32,000 bases of DNA from Haloferax volcanii DS2 (GTDB lineage: Archaea > Halobacteriota > Halobacteria > Halobacteriales > Haloferacaceae). Where the stretch lies: positions 2,040,001-2,072,000 of the forward strand of contig NC_013967.1 in the NCBI RefSeq assembly GCF_000025685.1. The letters run 5' to 3'. The notes beneath the pieces were generated by a model. The model was not told where the DNA came from and ran no database searches. It saw only the letters and a program-made list of their open reading frames with translations. Positions within the stretch are counted from its first letter, which is position 1. Each line of letters opens with the position of its first letter. Below are positions 17,372-26,231 of this stretch, in pieces. Position numbers and translations under genes: made by a program.

Positions 17372-17488
17372 ATGACGAAACACACGTACAAGACCGTCTA
17401 CTACGCGGATGGGTGGTTCGAGATTCGCGAGGAGGAGAACGCCGAGGCGTGGGTCGCCACGGACGCTCCCTGCGCTCTCGCTCCATAG
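17372..17488 (+). CDS. candidate 38-aa micro-protein
   Basis: Below the track threshold. My hand translation gives MTKHTYKTVYYADGWFEIREEENAEAWVATDAPCALAP followed by TAG. About 30 of 37 codons end in G/C. A hairpin lies upstream (17338-17361), and a hairpin plus T-run lies downstream (17570-17600). Confidence 0.4.
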   Translation: MTKHTYKTVYYADGWFEIREEENAEAWVATDAPCALAP

Positions 17489-17569
17489 CACACGGCACGC
17501 GGGCCGGAACCCTCGACACTCCAACATCGCTCATCGTGTACGCCGCTCCGTTCGCTCACCGGCCCCGTG

Positions 17570-17600
17570 CCGTCCGCCACCGCGGCGGACGGTCTTTTTT
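17570..17600. terminator. hairpin plus oligo-T terminator candidate between the micro-ORF and purQ
   Basis: ccgtccgcc-accgc-ggcggacgg forms a perfect 9-bp stem, followed by tctttttt. It sits 7 nt from the purQ stop, in a convergent arrangement. Confidence 0.45.
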
Positions 17601-17606
17601 ATACTA

Positions 17607-18281
17607 CTATCCCTCGAAGCCCGCCAGCACGCCCCGACCGTCGGTGTTGCCGAGTTGCGGTAGCGACGCCCGCTCGGGGTGGGGCATCAGCACCGCGACG
17701 GACTCGCTGTCGCCGAGGACGCCCGCGACGTTGCCGAGCGACCCGTTGGGGTTCGCCTCGTCGGTGACGTTGCCCTCCGCGTCGCAGTAGCGGAACAGGA
17801 TTCGGTCGTCGGCTTCGAGTTCTTCGTAGCGCTCGGCGTCGAGTTCGAAGCGACCCTCGCCGTGGGCGATGGGCAGTTCGATGACCTCGCCTTCGTCGTA
17901 CGCCGCGGTCCAGCGCGTGTCGGCGTTCTCGACGCGGAGGTAGACGTGTTCGCACTGGAAGCGGGCGCTCGCGTTCGTCGTGAACGCGCCGGGGGTGAGC
18001 CCGGACTCGCAGCCGATTTGTGCGCCGTTGCAGACGCCGAGGACGGGGACGCCGTCGTCGGCCGCCTCGCGGACCGACTCCATGATGGGCGAGCGGGCGG
18101 CCATCGCGCCGCCGCGCAGGTAGTCGCCGTACGAGAAGCCGCCGGGGAGCACGATACCCGTCGTCTCCTCGGGCAGGGGGTCTTCGTGCCAGACGCGCTC
18201 GGCCTCGAACCCGAGGTCCGACAGCGCGCGCACGGCGTCGCGGTCGCAGTTCGAGCCGCCGAACTGCACGACTGCAATCAT
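17607..18281 (-). CDS. purQ: phosphoribosylformylglycinamidine synthase subunit PurQ (glutaminase)
   Basis: 224 aa, MIAVVQFGGSNCDRD...GVCNGAQIGCE...HGEGRF, with a class-I amidotransferase Cys/His pattern. Confidence 0.9.
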   Translation of the reverse strand: MIAVVQFGGSNCDRDAVRALSDLGFEAERVWHEDPLPEETTGIVLPGGFSYGDYLRGGAMAARSPIMESVREAADDGVPVLGVCNGAQIGCESGLTPGAFTTNASARFQCEHVYLRVENADTRWTAAYDEGEVIELPIAHGEGRFELDAERYEELEADDRILFRYCDAEGNVTDEANPNGSLGNVAGVLGDSESVAVLMPHPERASLPQLGNTDGRGVLAGFEG

Positions 18282-18282
18282 C

Positions 18283-18534
18283 TCAGGCCTCGGCGACCGC
18301 GACCTCGTAGTCGTGGATGGTCGGGTTCGCCAGCAAGCGTTCTGCCATCTCGTCGGCGCGGGCCTCGGCCTCGTCGGCGTCGGCCGCGTCGAGGTCCACC
18401 TCGTAGCGTTCGGTGAAGCGCAGCGCCTCGAGTTCGAACCCGAGTCGTTCCAGCGCGCGCTTCGTCGTCTCCGCCTCCGGGTCGAGCACGCCGCGCTTGA
18501 GGCGCACCGTCACCGTCGCGGTGTAAGTGGTCAT
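18283..18534 (-). CDS. purS: phosphoribosylformylglycinamidine synthase subunit PurS
   Basis: Internal Met of track ORF 18283..18591 gives 83 aa, MTTYTATVTVRLKRGVLDPEAETTKRALERLGF.... Its stop is 1 nt before the purQ ATG. A T5 element lies 25-29 nt upstream of the ATG. Confidence 0.85.
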   Translation of the reverse strand: MTTYTATVTVRLKRGVLDPEAETTKRALERLGFELEALRFTERYEVDLDAADADEAEARADEMAERLLANPTIHDYEVAVAEA

Positions 18535-18723
18535 CAGGTGGCGATGCGTGGTGATGTGCAAAAACGGTTTTGGGTCGTGTTTGTTATACACGAATGTGAC
18601 TACTGGTTATCGAACCGGCGACGACACCGGCAGAGACCACGCTCCGTCGTAGATGCGACAGTACTCACTAGCTGACGGCGCACCGCGAACACATCTCGAC
18701 AACTCTTTTGATTACACGCCACA

Positions 18724-18795
18724 ATAGTTTATTATTTTATATAAATATATAAAAATAATTACATACGTGATATATGATAATCATTTTTATACTCC
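18724..18795. promoter_or_regulatory. extreme AT-rich divergent promoter region (purSQ / permease)
   Basis: About 72 bp that is almost entirely A/T, in a roughly two-thirds G+C background. It includes the perfect inverted repeat ttttatata-aa-tatataaaa at 18735-18754. It also includes tttttata at 18784-18791, 29 nt before the permease ATG at 18817. Confidence 0.5.
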
Positions 18796-18816
18796 GAATG
18801 AGATGGCATCTCACGC

Positions 18817-20238
18817 ATGGCAATCGAATTCGCACAGAGTCCGCTCTTGACGTTCGTCGTCGGACTCGCGTTGGTCGTGTTGTTACTGGTCGTCTTGGAC
18901 CTCCCGGCGTTCGTCGGCTTGGCGATAGCCGCGTTCGCGGTCGGCCTCGTCAACGCGGCGTTCGTCCCCGACTTCGCGCTCGCCGATGCGGCGACGAGAA
19001 CGGCGACGGCGTTCGGAAACGGGATGGCCGGTATCGGGATTCCCATCCTGATGGCCGCCATCATCGGGAAGTCGATGCTCGAAAGCGGCTCCGCCCAGCG
19101 CATCGTCCGCTCCTTCCAGTCGCTCGTCGGGAGAGAAAACAGCGACATCGCGCTGTGGGGGAGCAGTACGGTGCTCGCCATCCCCGTGTTCTTCGACAGC
19201 GTGTTCTACCTCATGGCCCCCCTCGCGCGGTCGATGCGGGCGCGGATGGGCGACAACTACGCGCTGTATCTCGTCGTCGTCGGGGCCGGTGCGGCGACGG
19301 CCCACGTGTTCATCCCGCCGACGCCCGGCCCGCTCGCGGTCGCCAGCGAAATCGGGGCCGACATCGGCATCACGATGCTCATCGGCGTCACCGTCGCCGT
19401 CCCGTCGGCCACCATGGGCGGCCTCGTCTACGGCCGCTGGATTAACCGCCGCATCGACATCCCCCTCCGCGACGCGATGGGGACGACCACGGACGAACTG
19501 CAGGAGCGCGCCCAGCGCGACGTGTCGTCGCTTCCGAGCTTCCTCGAAGCCACCGCTCCCATCGTCATCGCCGTCGCGCTCGTCGGCTCGCTCACCGTCG
19601 TCAACGCCCTCGAAGGCGTGACGGTGGCCGAACCGCTCCGGCCGTTCGTCGGGTTCGTCGTCGACAACCGCCCGTTCGTCGCGTTCATCGGCGACAAGAA
19701 CGTCGCGCTCACGGTCGCCGCGCTCGCCGCGGCTTACACGTACTACCGCTGGTCCGACCTCTCGCGGTCCGAGTGGGAAGACGAACTCACCGAGGCGCTG
19801 AAAAGCGGCGGCAACATCGCGGCCATCACCTCGATGGGCGGCGCGTTCGGCGCGCTCCTCGCGGCCTCCGGAATCGGCTCGTACCTCGCCAACGGGCTCG
19901 AAGGTTTCGGCATCCCGCTTCTCGTGACCGCGTGGCTCATCGCTGCCATCGTCCGCATCGCGCAGGGCTCCGCGACCGCGGCGATGCTCACGGCCGCCGG
20001 CATCATGGCCCCGCTCACCGGCCAGCTTCCGGTCCACACCGCGTATCTGGTGATGGTCATCGGCGCGGGCGGCAACATCTGCTCGTGGTACAACGACTCC
20101 GGCTTCTGGCTCGTCAAGGAAATCGGCGGGCTCACGCAGGCGGAGACGCTGAAGACGTGGACCGCGCTGACGACGATTATCTCCGTGACCGGGCTCGTCG
20201 TCGTCCTCGTCGTCTCGTCGGTGCTGCCGCTGGCGTAG
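18817..20238 (+). CDS. GntP family permease
   Basis: 473 aa, polytopic. GntP-like motifs are present, including HVFIPPTPGPLAVA and the C-terminal FWLVKE region. Confidence 0.75.
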   Translation: MAIEFAQSPLLTFVVGLALVVLLLVVLDLPAFVGLAIAAFAVGLVNAAFVPDFALADAATRTATAFGNGMAGIGIPILMAAIIGKSMLESGSAQRIVRSFQSLVGRENSDIALWGSSTVLAIPVFFDSVFYLMAPLARSMRARMGDNYALYLVVVGAGAATAHVFIPPTPGPLAVASEIGADIGITMLIGVTVAVPSATMGGLVYGRWINRRIDIPLRDAMGTTTDELQERAQRDVSSLPSFLEATAPIVIAVALVGSLTVVNALEGVTVAEPLRPFVGFVVDNRPFVAFIGDKNVALTVAALAAAYTYYRWSDLSRSEWEDELTEALKSGGNIAAITSMGGAFGALLAASGIGSYLANGLEGFGIPLLVTAWLIAAIVRIAQGSATAAMLTAAGIMAPLTGQLPVHTAYLVMVIGAGGNICSWYNDSGFWLVKEIGGLTQAETLKTWTALTTIISVTGLVVVLVVSSVLPLA

Positions 20239-20383
20239 GCGACAACGCGCGCACGTCGGCTTTTCCTTTTGACGGGTGATTCACGGTCGTTCCCGAGGGA
20301 TTCGCTTGCGGAGAACGACAGCGGTTTACCGTTCGCCGACGCAGGACGGGTATGTTCAGCTTCGAACAGCTGGAGGTGACGGT

Positions 20384-21367
20384 ATGACTCGCGAACTCAC
20401 CGAAATCACGGTCATCGGAGGAGACAAGACCGGACTCATCGCGAACGTGACCACCCTGCTGTTCGAGCGCGGAATCAACGTCGAGGACTTGGACCAGGCG
20501 GTCCGCGAGGGAATCTTCCGGATGACCCTCCACGCCGACACCGCGGAGATGACCTGCTCCCGCGACGAACTCCGAGCGGCGCTGTCCGACCTCGGCGACG
20601 ACCTCGGCGTCGACGTGCAGGTCCGGTTCCCCTCGGACCGCGAGACCCGCGAAATCGCCGTCCTCGTCACGAAGGAGTCCCACTGCCTCGAAGCGCTGTT
20701 CGAGGCGTGGGCCAACGACGACCTCGGCGCTGAAATCTCGGTCGTCATCGGCAACCACGACACGCTCGAACCGCTGGCGAGCCACTACGACGTGCCGTTC
20801 CACGACATCGGCGACGAGAAAGGGACCGCCAACGAAGAGCGCCTGCTCGACCTCCTCGAACGGTACGACGTGGACCTCGTCGTCCTCGCGCGCTACATGC
20901 GCATCCTCGGCCCGAACGTCGTCTTCCGCTACGAGGACCGCATCATCAACATCCACCCGTCGCTGCTCCCGGCGTTCCCCGGCGCGGCCGCCTACCGGCA
21001 GGCGAAAGAGGAGGGCGTCCGCATCGCGGGCGTCACCGCCCACTACGTGACGACCGACCTCGACCAAGGCCCCATCATCGCCCAGCGCGCCTTCGACGTG
21101 CCGGACGACGCCTCCATCGACGAAATCAAAGAGCGCGGCCAGCCGCTGGAGGCCGACGCGCTCCTCGAAGCCGTGAAGCTCCACCTCAACAACGACGTGT
21201 CGGTCCACCGCGGGCGCACCAGCCTCCGCGAGAGCGCCGACCCCGAGCGCTACCAACTCGGCCTCACCCGCGAGGCGCAGGCGTCGAACCCCGACCGCCC
21301 GGTCGACGGCATCATCGACGCCCTCGGGGAGCGCGAGGCGCTCGCGCCCGAACCGTCCGAGGACTGA
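20384..21367 (+). CDS. purU: formyltetrahydrofolate deformylase
   Basis: Internal Met of track ORF 20276..21367. GGAGGTGA (20372-20379) 4 nt before the ATG is a strong Shine-Dalgarno match. The N-terminal ACT domain (ITVIGGDKTGLIANVTTLLFERGINV) is followed by a formyltransferase core (IINIHPSLLPAFPGAAAY, HYVTTDLDQGPII). Confidence 0.85.
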   Translation: MTRELTEITVIGGDKTGLIANVTTLLFERGINVEDLDQAVREGIFRMTLHADTAEMTCSRDELRAALSDLGDDLGVDVQVRFPSDRETREIAVLVTKESHCLEALFEAWANDDLGAEISVVIGNHDTLEPLASHYDVPFHDIGDEKGTANEERLLDLLERYDVDLVVLARYMRILGPNVVFRYEDRIINIHPSLLPAFPGAAAYRQAKEEGVRIAGVTAHYVTTDLDQGPIIAQRAFDVPDDASIDEIKERGQPLEADALLEAVKLHLNNDVSVHRGRTSLRESADPERYQLGLTREAQASNPDRPVDGIIDALGEREALAPEPSED

Positions 21368-21443
21368 GGCGACTGCGGCAGCGACGGCGGGGCGACCCCC
21401 GCCAGACACCAGCCCTATTTTGCCGCCGACACGACTCGGAGGC

Positions 21444-21659
21444 GTGCCCGTCTCTCCCCGCTACCGCGTCGCGCTCGGCTGTTACGCGCTGTGGCTCGTG
21501 GCGACCGTCCTCCTCGCCGCGCACGAACTCGGACTCATCCCGCTCCTTCCCGGCGTCGAACCGGGCGTCGTGACCGGCGCGACGGTGGTTTTCGCGCTCG
21601 GCGTCGTCCGACTCTCCCGCCGCGGCTGGCGGTTCCTCGTCGGCGACGACGCGGCGTGA
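21444..21659 (+). CDS. small two-TM membrane protein (hypothetical)
   Basis: The track ORF starts at TTG 21420. I prefer GTG 21444 because a ctattttg element lies about 26 nt upstream. The ORF has high GC3 and two hydrophobic helices. Confidence 0.4.
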   Translation: MPVSPRYRVALGCYALWLVATVLLAAHELGLIPLLPGVEPGVVTGATVVFALGVVRLSRRGWRFLVGDDAA

Positions 21660-21700
21660 GAAGGGGACAGACGAAAAGCGGAGTCGCTCGAGCCGCCCGG

Positions 21701-22720
21701 TTACAGGTCGCGGACGCGCGCCACGGCGTCCTCGATGGTCGGGGCGTCGAACCAGTCGTGGTCGACGTAGGCGTTGGTGCCGGCGCAGTAGAGGTCCGAC
21801 AGCGCCTCGACGATGTCGGCGGGCAGGCGGTCGGGTTCGACCGCGCAGTGCTCGCGCCAGTTCGGCTCGCCCGTCTCGATGGCCTCGGCCTTCGCGTCTT
21901 TCACGGCTTCGACCCACTCGGGCTGGACGCGCTTGTAGTACTGCCGGACGACCTCCTTCGAGACCTGCTGGCCGCCGTAGGAAAACCGGTTTTCGTCGAA
22001 CGTGCCGACCACGTCGCCGACCTTGACGGTGCCGTCGTGGTAGAGACACTCGATTTTGCCGTCCTCGTGGTCGAAGCCGGCTTCGTCGGCGCGTTCGGTC
22101 AGCACGTGGTTCACGGCGAGCGCCAGCTCTTCGAGGCGGTCGAGGTCGACTTTCCCGGCGATGTCGTCGGCCTCCGCGCGGGAGAGATACCGGTCCTGTT
22201 CTTCGTACTTCGTGGAGAACTCCACGACCGGCTCGGGGAGGGAGACGGCCTCGTCGGGCCACTCGTCCAGTTCGAGGCCGTAGTCTGCGGGCTCGCCGCG
22301 CCGCCGGAGGCTCGACCCCACCGGGACGGTGTTGCGGAAGACGATTTCCAGCGGGATGAGGTAGTTGTCGCCGGCGGCCTCGTGGTAGGCGTCGTAGTCG
22401 TACGCGCCGTCGGCGTGAGGGAGGTCGGGCACCTGCGTGAGTTCGATGGCCATCTCCGTCGGCGGCGACTCGCACTCACCGAGTTCCTTCACCTTGCCGT
22501 CTTCGACCACGCCGAGGTAGTGGGTCGGGACGTGGTTCACGTCGAGCAGTTCGAAGTTGTACGCGCCCATGAGACAGAGGCTCGCGCCCTTGTTCGGGAC
22601 GTGGTCGGGCATCTCGCCCCAGTCGAACACGGAGTAGCGGTCCGAGAAGACGAAGCGGCCCCGCCCGAGGTCGGTCGCCGTCGGCTCCTCCTCGACGCGG
22701 AAGTCCTTCACGCTGGTCAT
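21701..22720 (-). CDS. purC: phosphoribosylaminoimidazole-succinocarboxamide synthase (SAICAR synthetase)
   Basis: 339 aa; [21 protein letters not shown]...IPLEIVFRN is typical of long archaeal PurC. Confidence 0.85.
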   Translation of the reverse strand: MTSVKDFRVEEEPTATDLGRGRFVFSDRYSVFDWGEMPDHVPNKGASLCLMGAYNFELLDVNHVPTHYLGVVEDGKVKELGECESPPTEMAIELTQVPDLPHADGAYDYDAYHEAAGDNYLIPLEIVFRNTVPVGSSLRRRGEPADYGLELDEWPDEAVSLPEPVVEFSTKYEEQDRYLSRAEADDIAGKVDLDRLEELALAVNHVLTERADEAGFDHEDGKIECLYHDGTVKVGDVVGTFDENRFSYGGQQVSKEVVRQYYKRVQPEWVEAVKDAKAEAIETGEPNWREHCAVEPDRLPADIVEALSDLYCAGTNAYVDHDWFDAPTIEDAVARVRDL

Positions 22721-22829
22721 GGTCGTCCTCTGGGCTCATCCCACTAAGAAGCTTCCACTTCCGTGCGTATCTCGGTCGGATACGCGGCCAATCTATGCAC
22801 GAATGCGCTTACCGGGCGAATCGTATCGC

Positions 22830-22834
22830 TTTTT
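22830..22834 (+). promoter_or_regulatory. TATA-like T5 element for sir2
   Basis: gctttttcg lies 25-29 nt upstream of ATG 22859, consistent with haloarchaeal leaderless promoter geometry. Confidence 0.3.
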
Positions 22835-22858
22835 CGCGGCTGGCCCGTCCGTTGGGCT

Positions 22859-23617
22859 ATGGACGCTGCCCTCGAATCAGACGCCGCGTGGGTCGCCCGC
22901 CGACTCCGCGAGGCCGACACCGCAGTCGCCTTCACCGGCGCGGGGATGAGCACGGCCTCGGGCATCCCCGACTTCCGCGGCGACGACGGCATCTGGGAGA
23001 CCGAGTTCGACCCGGCGTCGTTCCACCGCGACCGCTTCGTCAACGACCCCGCCGGCTTCTGGCGCGACCGCGTCCACTTACAGGAGCGCATGTTCCCCGA
23101 CGGCGTCGAGCCGAACCCCGGCCACGAGGCGCTTTCGGCCCTCGAATCGCGGGGCGTCCTCGACGCGGTCGTGACGCAGAACACCGACGGCCTCCACCGC
23201 GAGGCCGGCTCCGATCGCGTCGTCGAACTCCACGGCAACGCCGCCGAAGTCGTCTGCGAGGACTGCGGCGCGCGAACCGACGCGGCCCCCGTGTTCGAGA
23301 CGGTCCGCGCCGGCGACGCGCCGCCGACGTGCGACGACTGCGGCGGCCTGCTCAAGCCCGGCGTCGTCCTGTTCGGCGAGCGCCTCCCCCGCGTCGCTTA
23401 CAGCGAGGCGAACCGCCTCGCCGGCGACGCCGACGTGTTCCTGTCGCTCGGCTCGTCGCTGACGGTTCACCCCGCGGCGGGTCTCGCCGGCCGGGCCGCC
23501 GAGGTCGGCTCGCTCGTCGTCGTCAACTTCGACGCGACGCAGTACGACGACCGCGCCGACCGGGTCGTCCGCGGCGACCTCGCGGCGTTCCTCCCCGAAG
23601 TCGAAAAACGAATCTGA
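22859..23617 (+). CDS. sir2: NAD-dependent protein deacylase, Sir2 family
   Basis: Internal Met of track ORF 22763..23617, 252 aa. The sirtuin motifs GAGMSTASGIPDFRG, TQNTDGLH and HG are present. A zinc ribbon CEDCG...CDDCGG is also present. Confidence 0.9.
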   Translation: MDAALESDAAWVARRLREADTAVAFTGAGMSTASGIPDFRGDDGIWETEFDPASFHRDRFVNDPAGFWRDRVHLQERMFPDGVEPNPGHEALSALESRGVLDAVVTQNTDGLHREAGSDRVVELHGNAAEVVCEDCGARTDAAPVFETVRAGDAPPTCDDCGGLLKPGVVLFGERLPRVAYSEANRLAGDADVFLSLGSSLTVHPAAGLAGRAAEVGSLVVVNFDATQYDDRADRVVRGDLAAFLPEVEKRI

Positions 23618-23809
23618 GCGCGACCGGTGCCGCCCGCCCGGGCTCTCGGCGTCGACCGCCTCGGACGCCTCGGGCGACGACGCGTCGGTGTCGTCGGACA
23701 GCGGGCTCCCTGTTCTCCTCACTCGCGGCAGATTACCGGCGGCCAACTGTCACGAACCGCCGGTCGCACTCACCAATCAATTGATGCTCTCTCCCAAGCG
23801 TGTCGGTGC

Positions 23810-25668
23810 ATGACTCGGTCACCCTCGCCGGGTTCGTCGGCGGGGACGGCACCGTCCGTTCTCTTCGTCGCTCCCGACCGCACCCGGGCGGACGCCGTCG
23901 CGGCCGCGCTCGACCGCCACGACGTGGTCGCGCTGGTCCGCGAGCGCCATCCCGACGTGCCGGTCGTGCTCCTCGGTTCCGGCGGGAGCGACGACGGGAG
24001 CGACGGTGACGCACTCGCGGACGACCCCGCCGCCCACCGCGTTTCCGGCGACATCGAATCCCTCTCCTACGACCGCCTCGCCGACCGGGTTCGGGCGGCG
24101 GTCGCCCGCTATCGGAGTTCGGAGGCCCAGCGCACCGAACGCGACATCGTCAGCCGGCTCGAACGCCGCATTCAGCGCACCGAGCGGAAGATAACGTCGC
24201 TCCACGGCGTCGCCATGCGACTCGCGTCGGTCTCCGACGCCGACGACATCTACGCGGAGACCGTCGAGGCTGCGGAGCGCATCCTCAACCTCGACATCTG
24301 TTTCGCCTTCGCGGCCGAGGCGGACCGGTTCGTCCCGCGGGCGCAGTCGTCGACGCCGACCGACCGCGAACTCCGCCCGGTCCCGAAAGACGCGGGCGCG
24401 ATGGGCGAGACGTTCCGCACCGGCGAGTCCCACCGCGCGGTCGACATGGAACTCCACGCGTTCGGCCGCCCCGAGTTCGGTGACTACCGCTCCGGTCTCA
24501 GCGTCGCTATCGGTTCGTTCGGCGTGTTTCAGGCGGTCTCCGAGCAGACCGGCGCGTTCGACGAAATCGACCTCGAACTCGCGGAACTGCTCGTCGCCCA
24601 CACGAACGCGGCGCTCCAGCGGCTCAGTTTCGAGCGCCGGCTTCGGGTCGAACGCGACCAGTACGCCGCCCTGTTCGAGAACAGCGCCGACTGCATCATC
24701 GACTCGGAGTTCGTCGACGGCGAGTCCGTCATCCGCGCGGTGAACCCGGCGTTCGAGGCGACGTTCGGCTACGACGAATCCGAGGTCGTCGGCCGCGCCA
24801 TCGACGACGTGGTCGCGCCGGACGACCGTCTCGACGAGGCCGCGAAGCTCACCGAGATGGTCCGCGCCGGCGACTTCGTCCAGACGGAGGTGCGCAGACA
24901 GACCGCGAACGGCGAGCGGGACTTCCTCCTCCGGTCGGTCCCGGTCGGCGAGGACACGATATACGCGGTGTACACGGACATCACGGCGCGCCGGGACATC
25001 GAACCCGAGATGGAAGCCCAGAACCGCCGACTCGACGAGTTCACGAGCGTCGTCTCGCACGACCTCCGCAACCCGCTTTCGGTCGCCACGGGCCACCTCG
25101 ACCTCGCCCGCGAGGAAATCGACAACGACCACCTCGCGGCGGTGGCGCGGGCCCACGACCGGATGACCGCGCTGACGGAGGAACTGCTCGTGCTCGCGCG
25201 ACAGGGCACCGACGCGTTCGCCACGACGCCGGTCTCTCTCGCGGAGACCGCAGAGCGGTGCTGGGATCACGTCGAAACCGGGGACGCGGCGCTCGTCGTC
25301 GGTCCGACCGGACCGTCGTCGCCGACGCGGGCCGGCTCCACTAACTGTTCGAGAACCTGATGCGGAACGCTGTCGAACACGGCTCACCGGACGAATCCGG
25401 GTCTGCCGACGGCGGGCAGGACCGCGTCACCGTCACCGTCGGCGCGCTCGACGACGGTTTCTACGTCGAAGACGACGGCGCGGGCATCCCCCCCGAACTC
25501 CGCTCGCGCATCTTCGACACCGGCTTTTCGACCGGCACCGCGGGCATCGGCTTCGGGCTGACAATCGCCTCGAACGTCGTCGACGCGCACGGCTGGACGG
25601 TTTCGGTGGAGGAAAGCACCGCGGGCGGCGCTCGCTTCGAGTTCACCGGCGTCGGTGCCGGTGGCTGA
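23810..25668 (+). pseudogene. GAF-PAS sensor histidine kinase, disrupted (frameshift near 25300 and in-frame TAA at 25342)
   Basis: Track ORFs 23627..25360 and 25360..25668 are two pieces of one kinase. Piece 1 carries GAF, PAS and the H-box (FTSVVSHDLRNPLS). Piece 2 carries N/G1/G2 boxes ([24 protein letters not shown]). Reading the piece-2 frame upstream gives [29 protein letters not shown]. Confidence 0.7.
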
Positions 25669-25692
25669 GTGGCGGGTCGGAGCGACCCGGAC

Positions 25693-26115
25693 TCAGGCGA
25701 ACTCCTCGTGGAGATACGCGCCGAGGTAGCCGCCGAGCGCGCCGAGGCCGACGGTGTAGACGAGCAGCGCGAGGAGGCCGAACAGCGCGACGATGACGAT
25801 GCCGAGGATGCCGAGGCCGAAGCCCAACTCGAACGGGGTGACGCCGATGGCGAAGATGCTGAAGAACCCGAGGACGACGACGCCGAGGACCGTCCCGACG
25901 AGGCTCACGAACAGCCCCGAGACCGCGCCGGATTTCACGCCCAGTTCGCGGTCGCTTCCGGTCGGGTAGCCGGCGAGTGCCCCGCCGAGGACGGTCGACC
26001 CCGGAAGCGGCGAGAGGACGACGCTGGCGACCGCGCCGACGAGGGCCGAAAACAGCAGGCACTCTCCTCCGTCGTCGAGAGCCGACTCGGTCGTCGAAGT
26101 CGGGGAGTGTTCCAT
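25693..26115 (-). CDS. DUF5518-like small membrane protein
   Basis: Internal Met of track ORF 25693..26226, 140 aa: MEHSPTSTTESALDDGGECLLFSALVG..., with Gly-rich TM helices. The family is named from memory only. Confidence 0.45.
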   Translation of the reverse strand: MEHSPTSTTESALDDGGECLLFSALVGAVASVVLSPLPGSTVLGGALAGYPTGSDRELGVKSGAVSGLFVSLVGTVLGVVVLGFFSIFAIGVTPFELGFGLGILGIVIVALFGLLALLVYTVGLGALGGYLGAYLHEEFA

Positions 26116-26200
26116 GTGCGACCCAACACGGCGGGAGGGCCTAACGCTTTCTCCGCGGCGTCCCGCTGTATCCCGCGGCCGGAGTTCCGGTACCGCCCCG

Positions 26201-26206
26201 TTTTTA
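26201..26206 (+). promoter_or_regulatory. TATA-like element for cofH
   Basis: gtttttacg lies 26-31 nt upstream of ATG 26232. Confidence 0.3.
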
Positions 26207-26231
26207 CGACCGTGGCGCGTTGCCAACGAGC

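Noticed and set aside
18700-18800. The AT-rich island as a replication origin (duplex unwinding element).
   Set aside because: No ORB-type repeats flank it and no orc/cdc6 gene is nearby. It lies exactly between two divergent promoters.
25342-25344. The in-frame TAA in the kinase as programmed recoding.
   Set aside because: Archaeal recoding involves TAG (pyrrolysine) or TGA (selenocysteine), not TAA, and haloarchaea lack both systems. A frameshift 40 nt upstream argues for decay or sequencing error.
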